A stretch of DNA of 40,000 bases from Halosimplex rarum (GTDB lineage: Archaea > Halobacteriota > Halobacteria > Halobacteriales > Haloarculaceae), in contig NZ_CP180412.1 in NCBI RefSeq assembly GCF_047715405.1, positions 4,294,341 through 4,334,340 of the forward strand, given 5' to 3'. Position 1 is the stretch's first letter. Each line of letters opens with the position of its first letter. A model generated the notes under the pieces. That model was not told the origin of the DNA and searched no databases. It saw nothing but the letters and a program-made list of their open reading frames with translations. The position numbers and the translations under genes were made by a program. Below are positions 7,133 to 15,737 of this stretch, one piece after another.

Positions 7133-9388
7133 TCAATGATGAAAACAACTATTTTGTGAACCATTCTCTGTTACCCCCGACTCGTGCGGTTCTTTCCGAT
7201 ACCTGTTTTGATATTGCTGGTCGGAACCGATTACGCACTCTGAGTACGCCGCAAGCGTTGCGTCAGTGGTGTCGGTGAGCCGCTGGCGAATCTCAGTCCG
7301 ATCCCATCCCAGCGGCGAAAGGACGCTCTCGATGGCGCGGACGAGCTGTGTCTCGTAGTACGATTCGTCGTAGTCGTCGACCGCTTCGTGGGCGAGTGCA
7401 ACCCGCTCCTGAGACCCCTTCTCGTCGTCGACGACCACGTACTCAATGTCCTGGCCGGGGTGGACGTCGAGGCCCTGGTCGTGGGCGCGTTCGAGCGCGG
7501 CGACGTTCTGGGTGTACTGGGTGTAGGCGTCGACCGGTTTGGAGACGCGATTCCGCTCGACGAGGTCGGCCGGGTCGACGCGACCCGCCTCGAGTCGGTC
7601 GATGGCCGTCTCCAGTCGGTCGACGACCGACTCCGGGTCACGGGTCTCGTCGAGGACGCGGATGCAGTCACGCTGGACGCGTTCGACGAACGGCGGTGTC
7701 GAGCGTTGACGGGCTTCGATACCGCGTGTCTTGTACGAATCGTCGCCAGCGCGTCGGCCGAAGTACTTCGTCAGGGCGCCGGCGTCGCTCTCGCGCTGCG
7801 GGACGAACGCAACCCAGTCGTACGCTGCCTCGTATTCGAGGCGGATCCCGATCTCGTTGGTGAGGTCGGCGGCGATCGCATCCAGGTCCTCGCGCTCGCT
7901 CGACTCGAACTCGGGATTGGGCGTCACCCAGATCGAATCGACGATGCCGTGGACGACGTCCCACCCACCAGATTCGAGGCGCTGTTTCGCTCGCAGCAGG
8001 ATCTCGCGAGCGTAGGCGTTGATCGCCTCGTGGCACTCGATCCGGCCGAACTTGGCGTTCGAGAAGCCCTGATAGCCGAAGCAGGCGACGAGAATCCACT
8101 TCAGCGCGTCCGACCGCCCTTCGAGCGCTTGCAGGCGGTCCTCGTCGGGGTCGTCGCGCTGGCGTTCCTCGCGGATGGCATCCTTGATCACGTCGCGGTC
8201 GTCGATGATCGGCTGGAGGACGTCGACGAGATATCCCTGCTCGTCACAGATCGCGTAGTCGAGTTCGGGCACGTCCGCACGGTCGCGATGGCACTCACAG
8301 CGGATGACGTCCGGCGAGACGTTGCGAGTGCAGATGATGTTCGGGTAGAGGCTGGAGAAATCGAGCTCGTGAACGTCCTCGTGCAGCCCAACGTTGGGAG
8401 CGAAGATGAACCCGCCCCGGTCGGCGTCGTGGAGCGTCCCCATCGGCTTGTAGAACTCGTGGCGCCAGGAGTTCCAGGGCGTCAACACGCCGCGAGCGGT
8501 CGCCTCGCGTATCTGGATGGCCGTGAGGACGTTCCCGATCGACGCCCATGCGAGTTCCTGCAGCGGCTTGTGTGAGCGCCCGACCAGGTCGAGGATACCG
8601 TCGAGATTCGTCTCCCCATGGAAGAAGGTGTTCGACTCGTCGACGATCGCCCGGCCCGGGACGTTGTAGCGAGCGGGCGAGTGGCCGACGCGACCGTAAC
8701 TGGCGTACGTGGATCGCCCGGCGAGTTGCTGGTAGTCGACGTCTGGCCACCGACTCAGCGAGAACTCGTCGACACCTGCGTCGGTGGCCATGTCGTACAG
8801 TGTGGGGACGAGGTCGCTCGTCGAGCAGACGAGCACGTCTGGATCCCGGTCGTCGACAGCGGCCTGGACAGCCCGGACGATGCTAGCGGGTGTACCCGCG
8901 ACAGACTCGCCGTCGACGGTGAGTTCGCCGTAGCTATCGCCTGCCGTCTCGGCGACGGGGACGGCCAGCCGGAGCGTGGCAAGGTCGCCTGTCGGCGTCG
9001 GGTCACAGCCCGTTTCGAGACAGTAGCGAAACTCACGGGTAAAATCCACGTTAAAGCAGGCCAGGTCGCCGACGGGGTATTCCGTGAGCTGGCGACCCTG
9101 GCGGGCGAGCGGCGTGACGCGATCGACGTGGTCGACGTCGACGGCGAGGACGCGCTCGTCGGCACGGCGAAAGCCCGGCCGACGCTCGACGAACTCCGTC
9201 GCCACGACGTCCGGGTGGCGGTCGTAGAACTGGCGGAGGCGTTCGAGGTCGACGCCGGCGTCCGGATCCCGCGGCGCGACGTAGAACCGCGGCGTATAGC
9301 CCTCTTGTACGATCACCTCAGCGCTGTCGCTCGTCGTCGTCCACTCGAGGACGCGACCGTCGTCGAGGAAGTCGATCGTGTAGGACAT
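7133..9388 (-). CDS. polB: Family B DNA polymerase (divergent, plasmid-type paralog)
   Basis: Motif A 'ELDFSSLYPNIICTRNVSPD'. Motif B-like 'KWILVACFGYQGFSNAKFG'. Motif C region 'VVHGIVDSIWV'. KxY region 'TKYFGRR...YKTRGIEARQRSTPPF'. The start is set at ATG 9388 (MSYTIDFLDDGRVLEW), because the 26 upstream codons of the track ORF cover a conserved promoter motif. Confidence 0.9.
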   Translation of the reverse strand: MSYTIDFLDDGRVLEWTTTSDSAEVIVQEGYTPRFYVAPRDPDAGVDLERLRQFYDRHPDVVATEFVERRPGFRRADERVLAVDVDHVDRVTPLARQGRQLTEYPVGDLACFNVDFTREFRYCLETGCDPTPTGDLATLRLAVPVAETAGDSYGELTVDGESVAGTPASIVRAVQAAVDDRDPDVLVCSTSDLVPTLYDMATDAGVDEFSLSRWPDVDYQQLAGRSTYASYGRVGHSPARYNVPGRAIVDESNTFFHGETNLDGILDLVGRSHKPLQELAWASIGNVLTAIQIREATARGVLTPWNSWRHEFYKPMGTLHDADRGGFIFAPNVGLHEDVHELDFSSLYPNIICTRNVSPDVIRCECHRDRADVPELDYAICDEQGYLVDVLQPIIDDRDVIKDAIREERQRDDPDEDRLQALEGRSDALKWILVACFGYQGFSNAKFGRIECHEAINAYAREILLRAKQRLESGGWDVVHGIVDSIWVTPNPEFESSEREDLDAIAADLTNEIGIRLEYEAAYDWVAFVPQRESDAGALTKYFGRRAGDDSYKTRGIEARQRSTPPFVERVQRDCIRVLDETRDPESVVDRLETAIDRLEAGRVDPADLVERNRVSKPVDAYTQYTQNVAALERAHDQGLDVHPGQDIEYVVVDDEKGSQERVALAHEAVDDYDESYYETQLVRAIESVLSPLGWDRTEIRQRLTDTTDATLAAYSECVIGSDQQYQNRYRKEPHESGVTENGSQNSCFHH

Positions 9389-9434
9389 CAGGTATTCATA
9401 TCCTCCAACACCTGAGAGAACGTCGGAAGTCACG

Positions 9435-9465
9435 ATAAGCCGTGGCGTGTCGTTTCCGGGTTTCA
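9435..9465 (-). promoter_or_regulatory. 31-bp conserved promoter-region motif, copy 1 (upstream of polB)
   Basis: Plus strand ATAAGCCGTGGCGTGTCGTTTCCGGGTTTCA. It is 29/31 identical to 19316..19346 in the same orientation. Both copies lie just upstream of minus-strand start codons. The minus-strand reading ends in GGCTTAT, a TATA-like element. Confidence 0.5.
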
Positions 9466-9938
9466 AGAAAGGGGCGAGAAGAACACAAACGACGGCGTTT
9501 CAAACCCAGTAACTACTAGTAGACGCTATTGTGCCGAAAATCGCTATACGACAGATGACTGCACCAAACCAATGTCCTATATCAGTCATATCTCTCAAGT
9601 CTGCTGGATTAGAAACAATCTCAGCAGAACGCCCTTCATTTCACGTTTAAGTTACTGAACCAGCCGGCCACTACACACTGCCTATCTATGAAGATTGTCT
9701 TCACCGCTTCACGGCCTATCTGTCTCGTTTCGTCCGGTGAAGAATATATTCGCTCTGTGGGCCAGAACTCGATATCTGTGGCCTCATCCCCCCCGGATCA
9801 GTCTCTCATCTGTTATTGCGTAATCGATAACGTAGGTGATCCTGTTGTAATGTAATCCTTGATGTGTACTGTGCATATTACTTTCACTCTGGTGTCGGAC
9901 AATTGATAACGCAGAATCTTGTACGTAAGTAGCAAGTC

Positions 9939-11705
9939 ATGGGCACCGATCCGCAACCAGACACTCGCATGGGTGTGAGCGAGACTTCACAAACTGAGGA
10001 CGATACTCTCAAAGAAGCGCTGCAGTCGATCAACGGTCGAAGTTTCGAGTTCTTCGTATCCGAACTGTGGGATGCGATGGGGTGGGAGACCGAAGTCACC
10101 CGCGAGAACAACGATGACGGGGTAGATATCATCGCGAGACGCGACGGCATATATCCCCAAAAACGGCTGATACAGGCCAAACGATTACAATCTGGTGACT
10201 CGATCAACCGAAGACAGGTCCAGCAAGTCTCGTATCTGCACACTAAATCGGACGTCGACGAGGTAATTCTCGTTACAACGGGCACGTTCACTCGCGGTGC
10301 GAGAACATCTGCAGATCGGGCGAACGTCAAGCTCGTCGACATCGACGACCTACTGCAGTTAGTTCGCGAGTACGCCGATGCAGAAAAACTTCGCGAACAC
10401 GGGTACGTCCGGACGGATTCTGGACAGAACGCATTCAACGACGAAGGCGCGGGCTCTGTGGACCACCCACTAATTGAGCAGTCTGCTATCTCGCATCCGC
10501 CCGCTCCGGATCCCAAATCGAAGCCACAAGCACCTGGGTTAGACACCGACAATCCCGTTGATGTCGATTTTGGACCCCTGCTACGAAGTCTACCGGACCA
10601 ACTGTCCTATCGGACGCGATTTGCGCTACTTCTCCAGCAAGCAAGTAGCGACCCACTCGATGTTGCTGTTATCGCGCCACCTTCCATGCCAGTCGACAAG
10701 ATCGGGGCCTGGACACAATGTCAGCGTCCAACACTTTCAGTAAATTGTAGCCATGTTTCCGAGAGGACTCTCTACGGAGACTACGACCGCGGGAAAGAAA
10801 AACCAGCACTGCTCACCGCTGGCGACCCGGATGTTATCTGGTTAAAGCAATTCGACAATCTATCCAACCGAGACAAGCTGGCGGAACCGCTCAATCAACA
10901 TCTTCTCACACGGGCAGACGGCACGGTAAATCAACGAGATATCGGCAGTTCATTGTTACTTACAACTGAACCGAGGTACGGGACGTTCGATCAGTATGAA
11001 ACTCTGTATGAGCAGATTCCAATATCACCTCGAATAGCCTACAGCTGCGACGCGGTCTGCGTAGACGTCGGTAGCCACTACCTTTCCGTCCCGCCGGCAC
11101 TACAAATTGAAACATCTGGAAGCGGTGTCTCTGAAGACAGATTGCGAACTTACTTATCGAAAGCGCGCGCAAAAGAGATCGACGTCTCTGAGATTGATTT
11201 CAATCGTGTATTGACGGTATTGGAACAGTTTATCGGTGAAGATGAGGATCTCACTATTCGCGAACTACCGAAGAAAGACACTCTCCTCAGGTTATCTACT
11301 GCCTGTGCAAAGCTTCGGCTTGGAGATGCTATTCATCCGGTTGACATCGCGTATTCACTCCAATTTGCGTGGCCGCTCGCTTGCCGCTCAATTGCGATAG
11401 GCGAATTTTCGGATGTGTGGGGCGAGTTGCTCGACAAGTCAGTGACGATGCTGGGATACGAACTTGAAAACGAGATTGAAGAGAAGATTGGCACAACCAA
11501 GTCACAGAGGGATCGGATAGAGGACCTCAAGACGCTAATAGAGGACATCGAAGACGAGTATGAAGATGGGGCTCCCGTAGATGTGATTGTTGAACGAGCA
11601 GACAGGGCAGGAATGGACAGAGCAAAAGCTGAGCATGAGATTGAACAGCTGAAACAAAAGGGAGAAGCATACGAACCGAGGACCGATCACCTTCGGACGA
11701 CGTGA
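9939..11705 (+). CDS. Mrr-like restriction endonuclease domain fused to an inactivated MCM AAA+/lid/winged-helix remnant
   Basis: N-terminus: 'FEFFVSELWDAMGWETEVTRENNDDGVDIIARRDG...RLIQAKR...ILVTTGTFTRGA' is Mrr_cat-like. C-terminus: 'LKQFDNLSNRDKLAEPLNQHLL', 'LLLTTEPRYGTFDQYETLYEQIPISPRIAYSCDAV', 'TIRELPKKDTLLRLSTACAKLRLGDAIHPVDIAYSLQF' and 'IEQLKQKGEAYEPRTDHL' align by eye with MCM Walker B, sensor-1/Arg-finger, lid and C-terminal WH segments. The catalytic residues are replaced. Confidence 0.85.
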   Translation: MGTDPQPDTRMGVSETSQTEDDTLKEALQSINGRSFEFFVSELWDAMGWETEVTRENNDDGVDIIARRDGIYPQKRLIQAKRLQSGDSINRRQVQQVSYLHTKSDVDEVILVTTGTFTRGARTSADRANVKLVDIDDLLQLVREYADAEKLREHGYVRTDSGQNAFNDEGAGSVDHPLIEQSAISHPPAPDPKSKPQAPGLDTDNPVDVDFGPLLRSLPDQLSYRTRFALLLQQASSDPLDVAVIAPPSMPVDKIGAWTQCQRPTLSVNCSHVSERTLYGDYDRGKEKPALLTAGDPDVIWLKQFDNLSNRDKLAEPLNQHLLTRADGTVNQRDIGSSLLLTTEPRYGTFDQYETLYEQIPISPRIAYSCDAVCVDVGSHYLSVPPALQIETSGSGVSEDRLRTYLSKARAKEIDVSEIDFNRVLTVLEQFIGEDEDLTIRELPKKDTLLRLSTACAKLRLGDAIHPVDIAYSLQFAWPLACRSIAIGEFSDVWGELLDKSVTMLGYELENEIEEKIGTTKSQRDRIEDLKTLIEDIEDEYEDGAPVDVIVERADRAGMDRAKAEHEIEQLKQKGEAYEPRTDHLRTT

Positions 11706-11809
11706 TCACTCCACGTTTCCGGTGAAGACGCAGGGGCATACCTCTTTGACCACTTTCACCCTGGTCACAGAGGGTTGAAAATACCCGAATTCATATTTGA
11801 TTTACACCT

Positions 11810-13156
11810 ATGTGGCGAGCGTTAATCGCGGGGGATGTGGTGGGACCTCACGATAACTTCGACGACTCGGCGGACATCATGTGTGTCAACTGCGGCGCGC
11901 CGTCTCACCACGTCTCTGCGCACACGAAGAACGAACAGAATCCGAACAAACAGGACATCTTCACGCCTGCCCACTTCCGCCACAACCCTGACGAGGGTGA
12001 TTCCTGCGCAGGCGGTGAATCGGATATCCACATCCGCCGAAAGAACGTCGCGCTCTCGAAGGCTATGACGGAGTTCGACTGCGACGAAGAACGGAGTCGG
12101 ACAGAAGAGTTCGTCGGCGACAATCGAGCTGACGCACGCGCCGTCTTCACCGAGACTCACGATACGTATGGCCGCGGGCTCGCGATCGAGTACCAGCACA
12201 AGAACGAGTCCAAGGACATCGAGGCCGTCACCGAAGAGTACCTCTCAGAGGGCTACACTCCTGTCTGGCTCTGGGAGGAGCAGTTCTCCGAGGACGATCG
12301 GGACGTCGACCTCTTCGGCGGCACTGTCGTTCCAGTCTGGCCGAACGCAGTACCCGAACAATCCGAGTGGGGTGGCGAGTTCGACTACGAGCCGTTCAGA
12401 CGCTCGCGAATAATGCCCTACAATGTCTCGTCTAACCACGCGTTACGGGCCATAGTCCCTACACAGATCACTCCTGGGAAACTATGGGGGGTTCAATTCA
12501 CGGCCGCTCAGGTGACCTATCGGATGCCTCCCGAGTGGCACGACGACCAAGCTCAACGTATCTGGAACGAGACCAGCTGGGAGGATATCTTCAACCCACC
12601 GGAAGACTATCTGGACATCTGGCCGTACGCGAAGGTCCCGGCCTCACTTCCGGGCGAATGGAGTGCAGACGTACTCAGAGAGTGGTGGGACGAGTCTGAC
12701 TGGGCTGCCAAGTTCAAGTTCCCGTACAACTACGACCGCACTTACGGGAAGAATCACGTCGACGCAACGATCCACCTGTTCTCTTGGCTAGAACAGGACG
12801 AACTGTTCTTGTTCAAGGGTCCTCTCGGATCGAGCGCCTTCCAGAAGTGGGGAACGGTCGACATCGAAGATCCAGCGACGCCGACAATCAGCGGTAGCGC
12901 AGAGGCTCTCATCCCGGGCACGTACGAAGAGCAGGTAATGAAGAAATTCCGGCCATCTCGTTCTATAGACGTAGAACGCCCGTCAAGCCCGATAGACGAC
13001 ATCCAGTGCTGGGACTGTGGCGCGTACTGGTGGTACAAGAAAGACCACTCGGAGTGCCCAAAATGCGGTACCCCAGTTGATTGGGTGTGGAATGTCGAGA
13101 CATACCGCGTCTCCAGATCATCGTTAGAAGAACTGGACTCAAACCCTCTATCATAG
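11810..13156 (+). CDS. CoiA-like nuclease-family protein with N- and C-terminal zinc ribbons
   Basis: 'CVNCGAPSHH..H' is followed by 'NRADARAVF...GLAIEYQHKNESKDIEAVTEEYLSEGYTPVWLW', which resembles the competence-protein CoiA nuclease core. C-terminal ribbon 'CWDCGAYWWYKKDHSECPKCGT'. The true start may be ATG 11879 (MCVNCG). Confidence 0.7.
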   Translation: MWRALIAGDVVGPHDNFDDSADIMCVNCGAPSHHVSAHTKNEQNPNKQDIFTPAHFRHNPDEGDSCAGGESDIHIRRKNVALSKAMTEFDCDEERSRTEEFVGDNRADARAVFTETHDTYGRGLAIEYQHKNESKDIEAVTEEYLSEGYTPVWLWEEQFSEDDRDVDLFGGTVVPVWPNAVPEQSEWGGEFDYEPFRRSRIMPYNVSSNHALRAIVPTQITPGKLWGVQFTAAQVTYRMPPEWHDDQAQRIWNETSWEDIFNPPEDYLDIWPYAKVPASLPGEWSADVLREWWDESDWAAKFKFPYNYDRTYGKNHVDATIHLFSWLEQDELFLFKGPLGSSAFQKWGTVDIEDPATPTISGSAEALIPGTYEEQVMKKFRPSRSIDVERPSSPIDDIQCWDCGAYWWYKKDHSECPKCGTPVDWVWNVETYRVSRSSLEELDSNPLS

Positions 13157-13182
13157 TTGAGCACACGAATACACCTCCCGGC

Positions 13183-13208
13183 CGGTTCAACCAATCGGTT
13201 CAACCGAT
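13183..13208. repeat. Tandem 13-bp repeat CGGTTCAACC(A/G)AT x2 upstream of parA, followed by further TTCAAC/AACCAAT words to about 13250
   Basis: Read directly: CGGTTCAACCAAT CGGTTCAACCGAT, then ..ATTCAACGAACCAAATGAACCAATAG. The position, 40-100 bp upstream of the parA ATG, suits a centromere-like or autoregulatory site. Confidence 0.5.
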
Positions 13209-13289
13209 GGAATGGATCAATTCATTCAACGAACCAAATGAACCAATAGAATAAATTAATTATTTACCGAAATCTGCGATATACCGGCC

Positions 13290-14167
13290 ATGCTGGCCTA
13301 CAGCACATACTCCGAGGCGGGCGGCGTCGGAAAGACGACGACCGCCGCGAACCTCGCGGTCGCACACGCTCGCGCCGGTCTGAAACCGCTCGTGATACCG
13401 CTCGACCCACAAGAGGGAAACTCTCGCGGCTGTTCGGGGTCGACGACGATCGCGCCGCCGACGTTGACACGCTCGCCCATCATATGATCCGCCGACCGAA
13501 AGGCGACTTTCACGATCTCATCCGCACGACCGAGCACGGCATCGACATCGTTCCCGAACACAACAACCTCGCCGACCTGGACGGCTGGCTCGATCGCGAG
13601 AAAGAGCAGGCTGAGGCCATCGGCGAAGCGTTCGGTACCCGCACCGCACTGCTCCGCGTGCTGAAGGACGGGGGCGTTCGCGACGAGTACGCCGTTCTGA
13701 TCTGTGACCCGCCGGCGACCGAGGGCGTCCACCTCCACAACGCCATTCACGCGACGCGCTCGCTCGTGATCCCGGTCGAACCAAGCGAGAAGGGCCGTGC
13801 AGCAGTCGAAGGGTTTGAAGCGCTCGTGAACGGGCTAGAGTCGGAATTACAAATCGAAGTCGGGGTGTTAGCCGCTGTCCCGACTGGCGTCAAGAACACG
13901 AACGACCAGCAAGCCATCCTCGACGAGATCGACTACTCCACGCCGGAGATCATCGCCGAGCGGACGTCGCTCATGGAGGGCTGCTGGCGCCAGCAGTGTT
14001 CGGCCTTCACCTACGTCCAGGAACATCGCGACCGCCTTCGCGACTACGAGCTGGACCCGCTCGCGCAGTACGACCGAATCGCCCGGTACCTCGAAGAGCG
14101 CGCCGGGATCGAGGCGCCGAACCCACCGGAAGCTGGTGACCTCGTCCACGAGGTGATGCACGCATGA
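13290..14167 (+). pseudogene. parA: ParA/Soj-family partition ATPase split by a 1-nt frameshift near 13419-13423
   Basis: ORF 13290..13487 gives 'MLAYSTYSEAGGVGKTTTAANLAVAHARAGLKPLVIPLDPQEGN' (deviant Walker A) and then nonsense. The frame of ORF 13484..14167 is open back to 13421 and reads 'LSRLFGVDDDRAADVDTLAHHMIRR...LICDPPATEG...'. The two halves join as DPQEGN|LSRLFG if one base is restored. Confidence 0.8.
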
Positions 14168-14565
14168 CGAATGGAATGAAAGACGGCGCCGGGGAAGACC
14201 CGTTCGCCGAGGATCCCGAGCCCGTGGAGCAGACTACTGAACCCGACGAGACAGACGACGAACCGGCCACGGAGTTCGACAACAGCGGGAAGTCGGAGTC
14301 GATACAGGAAACTGAGGAACTCCCGTACGTCCTCACCCGGAAGACGGTCAAAGAAGACCGGAACAACGAGCACGTCGCACTCCTCTGGGACGAGTACTCC
14401 GAACTGGAGGACGACATCCACGAGCGCGTAGCCGACGAGATGGGTATCAGTTCGAAGGACCTCTCGGTATTTGACCTTCGAGAAGCCGTCTGGGAGCTCG
14501 CGGACGAACACTCAGACGAACTCGCTGATATCCTTCTTGGCTCGGGCTACGAACACCGCAAATAG
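14164..14565 (+). CDS. Acidic protein coupled to parA (candidate partition adaptor/ParB analogue)
   Basis: 133 aa. Its ATGA start overlaps the parA stop. A very acidic N-terminus precedes a helical C-terminus. No recognisable domain; the role is inferred only from position. Confidence 0.6.
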   Translation: MTNGMKDGAGEDPFAEDPEPVEQTTEPDETDDEPATEFDNSGKSESIQETEELPYVLTRKTVKEDRNNEHVALLWDEYSELEDDIHERVADEMGISSKDLSVFDLREAVWELADEHSDELADILLGSGYEHRK

Positions 14566-14839
14566 CTGCTCGATGTGTCAGAATATTGTAACCGTATGAG
14601 TGACAACTTCGAGTTTCCCGCGGATACCGACATTCTTCGCAACCCACGGACCACTGAGTGGCTTAATCGCGTCAAAATTCGCGCCTGATTCCCGAACGAT
14701 TATATGATAATATTGTGTTATACCAATACGGATTCTGTGTGTATGGAACTACTACCATCACCAATCACAAGTTCCGAATACATCAGATAGCGGGAAGGCT
14801 TATCTGTCCGAGTGCATTAGCGACGCCGAGGACAGAACA

Positions 14840-15292
14840 ATGGCCAAGAAGGCACTACTGGGGCTCGCCGCCCTCGTTGGAGGTTCAGCGCTGTACGACC
14901 GCTACAGAACGTCGCTGCACGACCGCGTGGTGAAGCAGACGTTCAACACCGTCGATCGCCACACCGACGAGTCGGCGTCGATCTACGTTGACCACGTCGA
15001 CGACGAGGTAGACGCGGACGGCAACGCGCAAGGGGTCCTCGATACGGCACAGGTGCCCGATCTCATCGTCGAGGGGTTCGACAACAAGAACCTGATCGTT
15101 GAGGTCGACACCGCCGAGGCGCTCGAAGACGACCTAGTCGATTGCGCCGCGCAGATCCGCGACTTCGCGATGCCCGGCTACAAGCGCGTGCTCGTGACCG
15201 ACGATACAGTCGTCGGTGAGAAGTTCGTCGACGAACAGGGTCTTGACGGGGTTGCCGTGGCGACGTCCAGTAGCGTCAGGCAGTACCTGTAG
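14840..15292 (+). CDS. Hypothetical protein with N-terminal hydrophobic anchor
   Basis: 150 aa. 'KKALLGLAALVGGSALY' is followed by an acidic domain. No recognisable family. Confidence 0.6.
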   Translation: MAKKALLGLAALVGGSALYDRYRTSLHDRVVKQTFNTVDRHTDESASIYVDHVDDEVDADGNAQGVLDTAQVPDLIVEGFDNKNLIVEVDTAEALEDDLVDCAAQIRDFAMPGYKRVLVTDDTVVGEKFVDEQGLDGVAVATSSSVRQYL

Positions 15293-15311
15293 AATTCGGC
15301 TCGTGTGAGGG

Positions 15312-15737
15312 TTACTGAGCTTCTATGTCGCCGATATCAAGCACTTCGTCGAAATCCTTGTTGCTCGCCGGTTCAGTCATTTTCTTACCGAGCTCGTAAC
15401 CGAACTCTGAGAGCCGGGACTTCTCGTCTGCATCTGTCCCCGTTGGGAGTGGGATATACGCTCGCCAGGTCTGCTGGCCGATGTATATGATATCGCCTTC
15501 GTAGTAGGGTACCCCTCGATATTTGAGTCGGATACCGCCTAACTTCACGTCGGGGTTATCAAAAGATCGGCTCGCCCAATCTCCGTAAAACTCGCCTATG
15601 TCCCCCTCTGAGAAGGGGCGTACCGCTTCGATCGTCATTTCTCTCTGTTGATTTGTCCATGTGTCGGGCTCTCCCCAATGCTTCCATTCGTTCACGTCGC
15701 TGTCTTTTACGATCTGTTTTGCCCCTGAGAGGTCCAT
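15312..15737 (-). CDS. Hypothetical protein
   Basis: 141-aa ORF with protein-like composition, convergent with 14840..15292. No recognisable domain. Confidence 0.55.
   Translation of the reverse strand: MDLSGAKQIVKDSDVNEWKHWGEPDTWTNQQREMTIEAVRPFSEGDIGEFYGDWASRSFDNPDVKLGGIRLKYRGVPYYEGDIIYIGQQTWRAYIPLPTGTDADEKSRLSEFGYELGKKMTEPASNKDFDEVLDIGDIEAQ

Noticed and set aside
7388-9415. Long + strand ORFs (7388..8575, 395 aa; 8618..9415, 265 aa) opposite polB
   Set aside because: They are antisense to a gene with clear PolB motifs. Their translations are Arg/Val/Asp-rich and low in complexity, typical of shadow ORFs in GC-rich DNA.
9884-10552. 222-aa minus-strand ORF overlapping the Mrr-MCM gene
   Set aside because: Ser/Cys-rich translation with no motifs. 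The + frame has a clear Mrr catalytic domain.
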